The position numbers and the translations under genes were made by a program. Below the pieces are notes generated by a model that was given only the letters and a program-made list of their open reading frames with translations, did no database searches and was not told where the DNA came from. From contig CALSAD010000015.1 in NCBI GenBank assembly GCA_943372845.1, forward strand, positions 1,389 to 65,388: a stretch of 64,000 nucleotides of DNA, read 5' to 3'. Shown in pieces: positions 1 through 7,436 of the stretch (position 1 is the stretch's first letter; each line of letters opens with the position of its first letter). This DNA comes from Chitinophaga pinensis. GTDB lineage: Bacteria > Bacteroidota > Bacteroidia > Chitinophagales > Chitinophagaceae.

Positions 1-3
1 TAA

Positions 4-64
4 AACCTTGCCTCCGTGCCTTTGTGTGCAATTTATTTTCACACCAGGGCACCAAGGCACGGTT
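4..64. repeat. REP-like palindromic element, family A (copy A1)
   Basis: Arms AACCTTGCCTCCGTGCCTTTGTGTG and CACACCAGGGCACCAAGGCACGGTT are near reverse complements around an AT-rich loop. The same design recurs at 8838-8899 and 39282-39342. Confidence 0.8.
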
Positions 65-111
65 AAGAAATAGAAAGTAGAAGCGGGCACATTATTAAAC
101 AACCTACTGTT

Positions 112-157
112 AGCCGCAGATTCGCAGATTAGTGATGTAATCTGCGAATCTGCGGCT
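112..157. repeat. REP-like hairpin, family B (copy B1)
   Basis: AGCCGCAGATTCGCAGATT - 8-nt loop - AATCTGCGAATCTGCGGCT forms a perfect 19-bp stem. Related copies lie at 36549-36594 and 42554-42620, with a half copy at 36191-36210. Confidence 0.85.
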
Positions 158-285
158 TTTCTACTTCTACCCCTCACACGCTTACCAATACGTATCTTAA
201 CGTAACTTTAGGTAGCAGCTTTTTTTGGCACTACTAACTTTGCCAAAACAATCGATACCCTTTTGGAAGTATCAACCTATACACC

Positions 286-1146
286 ATGAAAAAATTCAAC
301 TTTCTCTGTAGCATACTATTTACCACTATCCTCCTTGCATTAACCGCCTGCGGCTCTTCTAAAAACGCAATGCAAAATGATATTGTGCAGAATCTTTCGT
401 GGCAAAAAGATAGTCTTATAGCTGATGGTGATGATGTTGATTGGAAAACACCCCTCACTATGCTGGATGAAAAATTGGGCATTGCCTATGCAGTGACTAA
501 CGACAAAGAACAAGTTTACATTCAGCTGAGTTCACAAAATGAAGCCACTATTCAACGCATACTGCGGGGTGGACTTACCGTTTACATCAACAACCATGGT
601 GTAAAAGAAGAAGCCGGTGCTGCGGGTATCAGTTTTCCTACCGGCAACCGTATTCGCAAAGGAGATAAACTATTGAACGATCGTCCCGAATTACGGCAAA
701 ACAAACGGGTGGCATTAGATGCCGTTGAAGATTATTCTCTGTTTGGGTTTCAACAAATTAAAACACCAGAGAATTTTGATTACGGCAAACAAAATACCGA
801 AGGCATTGAGTTAGGCATTGGATTAAATACAGCCCGTGCTTTAATTTATGAAGCGGTTATTCCATTGGCTTCTTTTCTTACTAAAAACGAATTACAAAGC
901 TCAGCACGAAAAAGTATCAGCATCGGATTTGTGATTGAAAACCTGGTAGGTCAGGGCAATAACCGTGGCGGTGGTGGCGGACTATCCATTGGCGGCGGAC
1001 TTGGCTTTGGCTCTTTCGGCAGTGGCGGTGGGGTAGGGTTATCCATAGGTAGTGGTGCGCTTGGCAGAATTGGTGGTGGCAAACAAGGCAAGCCCAACAA
1101 AATTTGGCGCGACATGCTTTTTGCCAGAGCACCCGCAACAAAATAA
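286..1146 (+). CDS. Hypothetical lipoprotein with Gly-rich C-terminal tail
   Basis: Has a signal peptide with a lipobox (LALTAC) and a C-terminal low-complexity tract GGGGGLSIGGGLGFGSFGSGGGVGLSIGSG. No family recognised. Confidence 0.6.
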   Translation: MKKFNFLCSILFTTILLALTACGSSKNAMQNDIVQNLSWQKDSLIADGDDVDWKTPLTMLDEKLGIAYAVTNDKEQVYIQLSSQNEATIQRILRGGLTVYINNHGVKEEAGAAGISFPTGNRIRKGDKLLNDRPELRQNKRVALDAVEDYSLFGFQQIKTPENFDYGKQNTEGIELGIGLNTARALIYEAVIPLASFLTKNELQSSARKSISIGFVIENLVGQGNNRGGGGGLSIGGGLGFGSFGSGGGVGLSIGSGALGRIGGGKQGKPNKIWRDMLFARAPATK

Positions 1147-1186
1147 AACAACAGCTATTATTAACGTACATTCAGAACTGCTTACC

Positions 1187-1277
1187 CCTCTGCGAAACCT
1201 CCCCGTCCTCTGCGTCTCTGCGGTGAAAAAATAATTCATCGCAGAGACGCAGAGTTGCCTGAGTTTTCGCAGAGAAA
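1187..1277. repeat. Palindromic intergenic element, family C (copy C1)
   Basis: CTCTGCGAAACCTCCCCGTCCTCTGCGTCTCTGCGGTG pairs with CATCGCAGAGACGCAGAGTTGCCTGAGTTTTCGCAGAG. CTCTGCG/CGCAGAG motifs are shared with 11519-11615, 40375-40418, 46731-46827 and 49229-49263. Confidence 0.8.
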
Positions 1278-1303
1278 TAAATATTATCCACTCAATCTTT
1301 TTT

Positions 1304-1714
1304 ATGGAAAACAAAACCTGGCACGAACGGCATATTGCATCTTTAAGTTTTGGCGATAAACTGGCCGATTCGGTTGCCAATGGTATGGGCTCCTGGCGTT
1401 TTATTATCTGGCAAAGTATTATTGTGGTTATCTGGATGGCGCTTAACGTGGTTGGTTTTATAAGACATTGGGATGCTTATCCGTTTATCTTACTCAACCT
1501 TATCTTCTCTACTCAGGCAGCTTATGCAGCCCCCATTATCATGATGTCGCAAAACAGGCAGAACAAGCGCGACAGGGAGCAAGCCTCGCAGGATTACCAG
1601 ACCAATATAGAAGCCAAGGCCGAAATTGAAGCTTTGCAAATTCAATTGAATAAACTTGAAACAGAAAAGCTGGATAAGATCATTACTATGCTGGAAGAGG
1701 CTAAGTTGAAATAA
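1304..1714 (+). CDS. DUF1003-family membrane protein
   Basis: Two TM helices plus the motif FILLNLIFSTQAAYAAPIIMMSQNRQ and a C-terminal coiled coil, as in DUF1003 proteins. Confidence 0.75.
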   Translation: MENKTWHERHIASLSFGDKLADSVANGMGSWRFIIWQSIIVVIWMALNVVGFIRHWDAYPFILLNLIFSTQAAYAAPIIMMSQNRQNKRDREQASQDYQTNIEAKAEIEALQIQLNKLETEKLDKIITMLEEAKLK

Positions 1715-1951
1715 GGATACTTCTTTTGGGTACCTCCGCATAAGATATTTACCGCATAGGCACGAGGGCTTAAGGTTCGCGAGGGGATGGGGCATAGCTG
1801 CTATCAACAGAACGCTTTGGCTTGAAATGCTGCCAGCGTACTTAATAAGTGCCCCCGTTTTGATTCTTAATAACCTTACTAAATGGATTGCGTATAGCCG
1901 GCAGATTTGTGTGGCTTTACGCAATTAGTGTTATTTGGGTTCCGTATATTT

Positions 1952-1967
1952 AAGTGCTAGCGGCAAT
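1952..1967. repeat. Cassette-start box (AAGTGCTAGCGGCAAT), inverted copy of the R1 left end
   Basis: Near-identical to 34367-34382 (AAGTGTTAGCGGCAAT). It is the reverse complement of the TGCCGCTAAC box that opens R1 copies at 3449 and 35233, and lies 57 nt upstream of the 2024 start. Confidence 0.6.
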
Positions 1968-2023
1968 ACATTGAAACAGTTACAAACTACTACTAATATT
2001 ATAACAGCAAACCAAACCTAAAA

Positions 2024-3424
2024 ATGCTAAAGCGACTGACATTATTTATTCTTGTATCCTTTATTGCATGGCAAACAACAACAGCACAAAACTATCATAA
2101 GATTGATAGTTTACGTTTGGTGATACAGAATGCAAAGAAGGTAGATACCTCTCTTGTAAACAATTATCTTTCACTTTCTTTTCAATATACTTTTTATAAA
2201 CCCGATAGTGGATTGGTTTATAATGAGATTGCCGGTAGAATAGCAGACAACTTGCATTTTGAACGTGGCAAATTCCAGCAGCAACTCGGCAAAGCACTCA
2301 ATCACTCCTATTTAAGAAATGATTCTATTGCACTTAAAACTGCCTTTGCTGCTTTGAAGTTTGCAGAAGAAAAAGAAGATGCAAACTACCTGCGACCTGC
2401 ATTAAGAAATTTAGGCTTAGTGTATTATAACATTCGACAGTTTGAAAATGCAATAGTATATGCCAAAAAAGCATGGCAATTGACCTCGCCAACCGATACA
2501 TTAAAGGTAGTTAACCTATGTACAAATATAGGTGAGATTTATATTGATATGAACTTGGTAGATTCTGCAGCAACATATATAAACAAAGGACTTGAGTTCA
2601 GTAGACAGTCTAAAAGATTATCAACTTTTTTGTATTATCTAATGGGTAATATTTATCTTAAGAGGGGCCAATATGATTTAGCATTAAGTTTTTATAAAGA
2701 ATCATATTACTTAGAAACCAATTTCTTCAAGAATGCAAAAGACATCATGGATATTGAAATTGGTATTACGCAAGTATTTGAAAAAAAGGGAAAGATAGAT
2801 TCTGCTATCAGTTATGCTAAGAAAGCATATTATCATTCTAAACAAATGACTTTGCCACGAGAAAAATTAGAATCCTTATTATTGTTAACGTCTTTATACA
2901 AACAAAAAGGAAACATAGACAGTGCATTTGTGTACATTAGTTTAACATCCGATTTGAAAGACAGCCTTATTAATGCTGAAAAGTTCAGGACAATAGGATT
3001 GATGACTTTTAATGAAGAAAGCCGCCAGGAAAAATTAGCAGATGAAAAATCTAAGCTCAAAGAAGAACGTAATCACAATATCCAACTTGCCATTACTGCT
3101 ATCGCCATTTTAAGTGGCATCATTTTATTTCTCTTATTAAGCAGAAGTATTATTGTAAGTCATAAAGTAGTTGAATTTTTAAATGTAGTAGTGTTATTGG
3201 TTGTGTTTGAATTCATCAATCTACTCATTCATCCTTTCCTAGAAAAAGTTACTAATCATTCGCCGGCACTTATGTTAATTGCAATGGTTGTAATTGCTGC
3301 AATTATTGTGCCTTTGCATCATCGCTTAGAACACTGGACAACCAAAAAGTTGGTAGAAAAAAATAAAGCCATTCGGTTGGCAAATGCTAAGAAAACAATT
3401 GAAGAGATAGAGTCGTCTAATTAA
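2024..3424 (+). CDS. TPR-repeat protein with C-terminal transmembrane segments
   Basis: Signal peptide, several TPR-like repeats, then hydrophobic helices (AITAIAILSGIILFLLL, VVVLLVVFEFINLLIHPF, LMLIAMVVIAAIIVPL). No output domain. Confidence 0.6.
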   Translation: MLKRLTLFILVSFIAWQTTTAQNYHKIDSLRLVIQNAKKVDTSLVNNYLSLSFQYTFYKPDSGLVYNEIAGRIADNLHFERGKFQQQLGKALNHSYLRNDSIALKTAFAALKFAEEKEDANYLRPALRNLGLVYYNIRQFENAIVYAKKAWQLTSPTDTLKVVNLCTNIGEIYIDMNLVDSAATYINKGLEFSRQSKRLSTFLYYLMGNIYLKRGQYDLALSFYKESYYLETNFFKNAKDIMDIEIGITQVFEKKGKIDSAISYAKKAYYHSKQMTLPREKLESLLLLTSLYKQKGNIDSAFVYISLTSDLKDSLINAEKFRTIGLMTFNEESRQEKLADEKSKLKEERNHNIQLAITAIAILSGIILFLLLSRSIIVSHKVVEFLNVVVLLVVFEFINLLIHPFLEKVTNHSPALMLIAMVVIAAIIVPLHHRLEHWTTKKLVEKNKAIRLANAKKTIEEIESSN

Positions 3425-3448
3425 TAGATTGATTTCATATGATAGCAC

Positions 3449-3652
3449 ATGCCGCTAACATTGCATAGCAGCGATTGGCGCTGACGAATAACATTCTTCA
3501 ACTGCATCAAAATCCCAGCATAAGTTCCGACTGAAGAAATTCTGAGCGGTAATAGCATATATTATGATCTTTAGTAACTTCATTCAGCGACAATAAGCCA
3601 TGGACGACGGAAGAGCATTCCCCAACCGCTTTAATGCTTGGACGTTACGCCC
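3449..3652 (+). repeat. R1 structured repeat, copy a (attC-like ends)
   Basis: Starts ..TGCCGCTAACATTGCATAGCAGCGATTGG and ends CCAACCGCTTTAATGCTTGGACGTTACGC, so the ends are imperfect inverted repeats. About 80 percent similar by eye to 35233-35438; partial copies at 4953-5090 and 5922-6062. Confidence 0.85.
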
Positions 3653-3707
3653 AATAGCCTACGATACATAAAATTTCTTTGAAAAAAATATATAAACACT
3701 CTAACTA

Positions 3708-4128
3708 ATGGACACTACGCAAATATTTATAAGCTTAGGAAGTGCTGTAATTGGCGGTATTGTAGCGACTTATTTAAAAGCATTCTTAGAGAAAAAGAAG
3801 GAGATTGAAATTAGTTTACAAAAAATAACAGAGGATAAATACAAAGGCCTCTTAATTTTTATGGCTTGTGCAATCGACTTTGAAAAACGAAGATTTTTTT
3901 CCTTAAATGAACAAGTGGCGAACAAATCATCTGTAGACTATTTGAATCAAATAAAAAGAATATTATTATCATTCACTCTTATATTCACCTGATAATGTAA
4001 TTGTAGCTTTAAAGCATTTTGTAAATAACCCTGACAAGGGAAATTATGTTAAGGTCGCAAAAGAAATGCGAAAAGACCTTTGGAATAAGAATACGAAACT
4101 GGATTTTAGCGAAATTCTCTTAGATTGA
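3708..4128 (+). pseudogene. Small membrane-anchored hypothetical protein, frameshifted
   Basis: The ORF 3708-3992 stops, but the +1 frame continues with protein-like sequence (KEYYYHSLLYSPDNVIVALKHFVNNPDKGNYVKVAKEMRKDLWNK..) to a TGA at 4126-4128. The two frames join if one nt of the A5 run at 3953-3957 is skipped. Confidence 0.55.
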
Positions 4129-4282
4129 TATTCCTGAGTAGAACACCAGCTTTCAGCATTTGTGGCTGGAAAGAATAGCGGTTTCATTTACAACATGTTT
4201 TGTCCTGTAAGGCTGACATTTTGACGAAAGCTCCAACATCCAAAAAATTTGAAAGATTAACAATTCTTAGTAGATTTGAGAT

Positions 4283-4519
4283 ATGAAGACGTTAACGCTC
4301 CAAATACCTGATAGTTTAGATGCAAAAGAAGCGCAGACGCTTTTCGCAGCTAAATTATATGAAAAAGGTTCTTTATCGTTAGGGCAAGCTGCAGAACTTG
4401 CAGGGTACTCCAAACGCACTTTCATGGAACTTCTTGCAAACTATGAAGTTTCAGTTTTTAATTATTCAGAGGCAGAATTAAATAAAGAGATTCTCAATGC
4501 ACAAAGCTATCATCTCTGA
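4283..4519 (+). CDS. UPF0175-family antitoxin
   Basis: 78 aa. The motif LFAAKLYEKGSLSLGQAAELAGYSKRTFMELL is typical of UPF0175. Overlaps the downstream PIN-like gene by 23 nt. Confidence 0.75.
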   Translation: MKTLTLQIPDSLDAKEAQTLFAAKLYEKGSLSLGQAAELAGYSKRTFMELLANYEVSVFNYSEAELNKEILNAQSYHL

Positions 4520-4952
4520 CACCAGTTGTTTAATCTTGTTAGACAAAATCGGTGAGCTTGAAATGCTGCATAAATTATTTGGATCAATAATTACTACCAC
4601 TGAGATTGCAAGTGAATTCGGACAACCACTTCCTTCTTGGATTGAAGTAAAGCAGCCATCAGACAATACTTATCAATCAATTATTGAAGCGTCTGTGGAC
4701 AAAGGTGAAGCAAGTGCTATAGCCTTGGCAATAGAATTGGATGATTGCTTACTTATCATTGACGATCTGAAAGGAAGAAAATTTGCAAATCAAATCGGTC
4801 TTGCAATTATTGGAACCATTGGAGTAATTGTAGATGCAAAACTTGCAGGCATCATCCCTTCTGTCAAACCAATATTGACTAAAATTAAGTCAACAAATTT
4901 CAGAATTACAGATGAGTTGGAAGCAATAATTCTGAAAAGATCCGGCGAATAA
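4497..4952 (+). CDS. DUF3368 (PIN-like) toxin
   Basis: ISDTSCLILLDKIG..., GEASAIALAIELDDCLLIIDDLKGRKFA and GTIGVIVDAK match the DUF3368 PIN-like pattern. Translationally coupled to the UPF0175 gene. Confidence 0.75.
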   Translation: MHKAIISDTSCLILLDKIGELEMLHKLFGSIITTTEIASEFGQPLPSWIEVKQPSDNTYQSIIEASVDKGEASAIALAIELDDCLLIIDDLKGRKFANQIGLAIIGTIGVIVDAKLAGIIPSVKPILTKIKSTNFRITDELEAIILKRSGE

Positions 4953-5090
4953 GCATCGATCAATAGTGCATAGGGGTTATGGCTTCGTAAGCAAGGAAGG
5001 TACCTAATGATAACTGTTTTGTCTTGAAGTAGATAGCCATAGCGTCGGAAGATTTTTCCCCAACCGCTGCAATGCCTGAACGTTAGGTGC
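4953..5090 (+). repeat. R1 structured repeat, copy b (short form)
   Basis: The right half (GCCATAGCGTCGGAAGATTTTTCCCCAACCGCTGCAATGCCTGAACGTTAGGTGC) aligns with the other R1 right ends. It ends in GTTAGGT, an exact GTTRRRY, and begins immediately after the stop at 4952. Confidence 0.7.
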
Positions 5091-5165
5091 AAAGTGCTAA
5101 GAACGACACAACTGCCAACACACAAATAGAAAAGAAACATAATTATAAAACAACAAAAGGACAAA

Positions 5166-5804
5166 ATGAGAACTTTAAACAAAGAACTACAAAATTCGAT
5201 TACACCGGCAATGGCAATTGACATTCTCAAAGAAGGAAATAATCGGTTCGTAAATAACCTAAAAGTAAACCGAAACCTTTTGCAACAGGCAAATGAAACT
5301 TCAGACGGACAGCATCCTTTTGCGGTAATTCTTAGTTGCATTGACAGCAGAACTTCGGTAGAATTAATTTTTGACCAAGGACTTGGAGACGTATTTAGTA
5401 TTCGTATTGCAGGAAATATATTAAATGAAGATATTTTAGGTAGTATGGAATTCGGTTGTAAAGTAGCTGGTGCTAAAATCATAGTTGTATTAGGACATAC
5501 AAAATGCGGAGCGGTAAAAGGTGCTTGCGACCATGTTGAAATGGGAAATCTGACTAGCTTGCTCACTAAAATAAGACCTGCCGTTGATGACGAGCAAACT
5601 ACAAAGGAAAATCGCAACTCTGCCAATGGAGAATTTGTAGAAAAAGTGGCAACCATTAATGTAAAACGGACAGTTAAAGCAATAACAGAACGAAGCCCTA
5701 TTTTAAAAGAAATGATGGAAAGCGGTCAAATTGGTATTGTTGGTGGCTCCCACGACATCGCAACCGGCAAGGTGATTTTTTATCATGATACGATAACTCA
5801 ATAA
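5166..5804 (+). CDS. Beta-class carbonic anhydrase
   Basis: Zinc-ligand motifs SCIDSR and GHTKCGA. Confidence 0.9.
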   Translation: MRTLNKELQNSITPAMAIDILKEGNNRFVNNLKVNRNLLQQANETSDGQHPFAVILSCIDSRTSVELIFDQGLGDVFSIRIAGNILNEDILGSMEFGCKVAGAKIIVVLGHTKCGAVKGACDHVEMGNLTSLLTKIRPAVDDEQTTKENRNSANGEFVEKVATINVKRTVKAITERSPILKEMMESGQIGIVGGSHDIATGKVIFYHDTITQ

Positions 5805-5820
5805 CGATAATTTTTATTAT

Positions 5821-5910
5821 CCGCAAAGTGTTCCTTAACAGTTCTCCGCTTGTTCCCTCTGGGAGACATGCGAAGAACTGTTTTTTTATTGGCTTTAAGA
5901 ATACTTTGCA
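5821..5910. repeat. R2 element, short hairpin form (copy a)
   Basis: CCGCAAAGTGTTCCTTAACAGTTCTCCGC ... GCGAAGAACTG...TAAGAATACTTTGCAG. These are the two terminal arms of the R2 element folded on each other without the ~170-bp interior. Confidence 0.65.
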
Positions 5911-5921
5911 GAGAATATAAA

Positions 5922-6062
5922 ATTCCAACATTAGTTCCAGTTGAAGGAATTCTGATCGGCAGTAGCATATATCATCATCTTTAGTAACTTCATTCAGCAA
6001 CAGATAGACATATGCGACGGAAGATCATTCTATAATCGCTTCAATGCCCGGGTGTTGGCAGT
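5922..6062 (+). repeat. R1 structured repeat, copy c (right two-thirds)
   Basis: Aligns with R1a from ..CAGCATAAGTTCCGACTGAAGAAATTCTGAGCGG.. to the end. Ends GGGTGTTGGCAG. Confidence 0.75.
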
Positions 6063-6102
6063 CATACAAAATTTGACGTCCTAAATATTTTAATAATACA
6101 AA

Positions 6103-6972
6103 ATGCAATTACTTACATATTCTTTTCGATGGCTTACGATTCTGTTTTTATTTGTTGCTTTACAGGCGCAGGCGCAGAATGGGGCGGCTTATCAATATCC
6201 ACCAAGTGAGGTTGTAAAGATTCACTCAAGGGTTTTAAACGAAGATCGCAAGGTGTATGTTCATTGCCCTAAAGTAGACTCAGCGGATGTAAACAAACGA
6301 TTTCCCGTATTATACTTACTGGACGCTGACAATCATTTTGAACTTCTTGCTCAGTATGTCGATTATCTTAGTCGCCCAGATGTGTTAGCAATGCCTAAGA
6401 TAATAGTGGTCGGCATTTCAAATACAAAACGAACAAGAGACCTTACACCAACAAATAGCATACTTAACTATGACGGCAAGCCAGATAGCAGTTCGTATAA
6501 ACTCAGTGGCGGGAATGGATTTTTTTTACAGTTCATTGAGACAGAATTGATACCACTGATCGACAAAAATTACAAAACAGAGCCCTATAAAATTTTTGCA
6601 GGGCATTCCTTTGGTGGAATTGCATCTATTCATTGTATGTTAACCCATCCCGATATGTTTGATGCTTATATTGCTGTAAGCCCTTCGCTTTGGTGGGACA
6701 ATGAGCATCTTTTGAAAATGACCGGTGAAAAACTGAAAAGTGGTTCAGTATTTAAAAAAATGTTTTTTTACAGCGATGGAAATGAGGGTGGAAGTAATTC
6801 GTCTTTTCATAAAAGTTTATTGAAATTAGATTCAACAATAGCTACAAAAAAGCTAAAAGGGCTTCATTATCTATATAAACATTACCCAACCGAAACGCAT
6901 ATGACAGAACCAGTTGTGGCTTATTTTGATGCGCTGCGATTTGTTTTTATGGAATGGGCAATGCATCAGTAA
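6103..6972 (+). CDS. Secreted alpha/beta-hydrolase (putative esterase family)
   Basis: Signal peptide and nucleophile elbow GHSFGG. The layout resembles the esterase D / enterochelin-esterase-like family. Confidence 0.7.
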   Translation: MQLLTYSFRWLTILFLFVALQAQAQNGAAYQYPPSEVVKIHSRVLNEDRKVYVHCPKVDSADVNKRFPVLYLLDADNHFELLAQYVDYLSRPDVLAMPKIIVVGISNTKRTRDLTPTNSILNYDGKPDSSSYKLSGGNGFFLQFIETELIPLIDKNYKTEPYKIFAGHSFGGIASIHCMLTHPDMFDAYIAVSPSLWWDNEHLLKMTGEKLKSGSVFKKMFFYSDGNEGGSNSSFHKSLLKLDSTIATKKLKGLHYLYKHYPTETHMTEPVVAYFDALRFVFMEWAMHQ

Positions 6973-7042
6973 GAACAAAAGCCTGTGTGTAAATGCCTGT
7001 ATCAATAACATGGTATGTTATTATCCGAAAATTGTTTTTATC

Positions 7043-7339
7043 ATCCGCGAAGTATTACTTTGCCTTTCTCCGCATGCCTCCCGCCGCGGCGGAGATATTG
7101 CGGTTAGTACCACACAATAATATCGATATTGCAAATCTTCTTCATCGCACAAATGAAGTTAGGTCCATGTCCTGTAACCGATTTTTGAAGTAGTTTATGT
7201 AAACCATACCAAGTATACAACTACTGAGTGAGTGTAGCCGTAAATAGCTTCTTACTAACGTGGATGATACCTGCTTCTAACCGCAATGTCCCTGTTAGGA
7301 GACATGCGGAGAACTGTCTTTTTTTAAGTACCAACACAG
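7043..7339. mobile_element. R2 MITE-like element, full copy b
   Basis: About 300 bp with no credible ORF. Long terminal inverted repeats (ATCCGCGAAGTATT..CTCCGCATGCCTCCC..ATTGCGGTT versus AACCGCAATGTCCC..GGAGACATGCGGAGAAC..). Collinear with 36217-36523. Confidence 0.5.
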
Positions 7340-7436
7340 TAACCTACATTCTGGTACTAATAAAAAAACTCCCTCTCTTTGCAGTAACTTTTCTCCTTAT
7401 TTCTCCGTAAATTGTTATCATCCAAAACCACTAACG

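Noticed and set aside
951-1151. Pro-rich 66-aa minus-strand ORF
   Set aside because: It is the antisense image of the Gly-rich (GGN codon) tail of the 286-1146 lipoprotein.
1715-2023. About 300-nt gene-free spacer that might hold a small RNA or tRNA
   Set aside because: No tRNA-like T-arm or acceptor features and no strong structure apart from a 7-bp stem (TTGCGTA..TACGCAA). Only the cassette-start box at 1952-1967 is reported.
4790-5656. 288-aa minus-strand ORF spanning the end of the PIN-like gene, R1b and most of the carbonic anhydrase gene
   Set aside because: It is antisense to two genes with clear family motifs and crosses a non-coding repeat. The composition is low-complexity and Ser/Phe/Leu/Cys-rich, typical of a shadow ORF.
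6914-7410. Small ORFs (60-68 aa) inside R2 copy b, and the 95-aa ORF 36329-36616 inside copy d
   Set aside because: The ORFs in the two R2 copies are on different strands and frames, so no coding frame is conserved. They are treated as non-coding repeat sequence.
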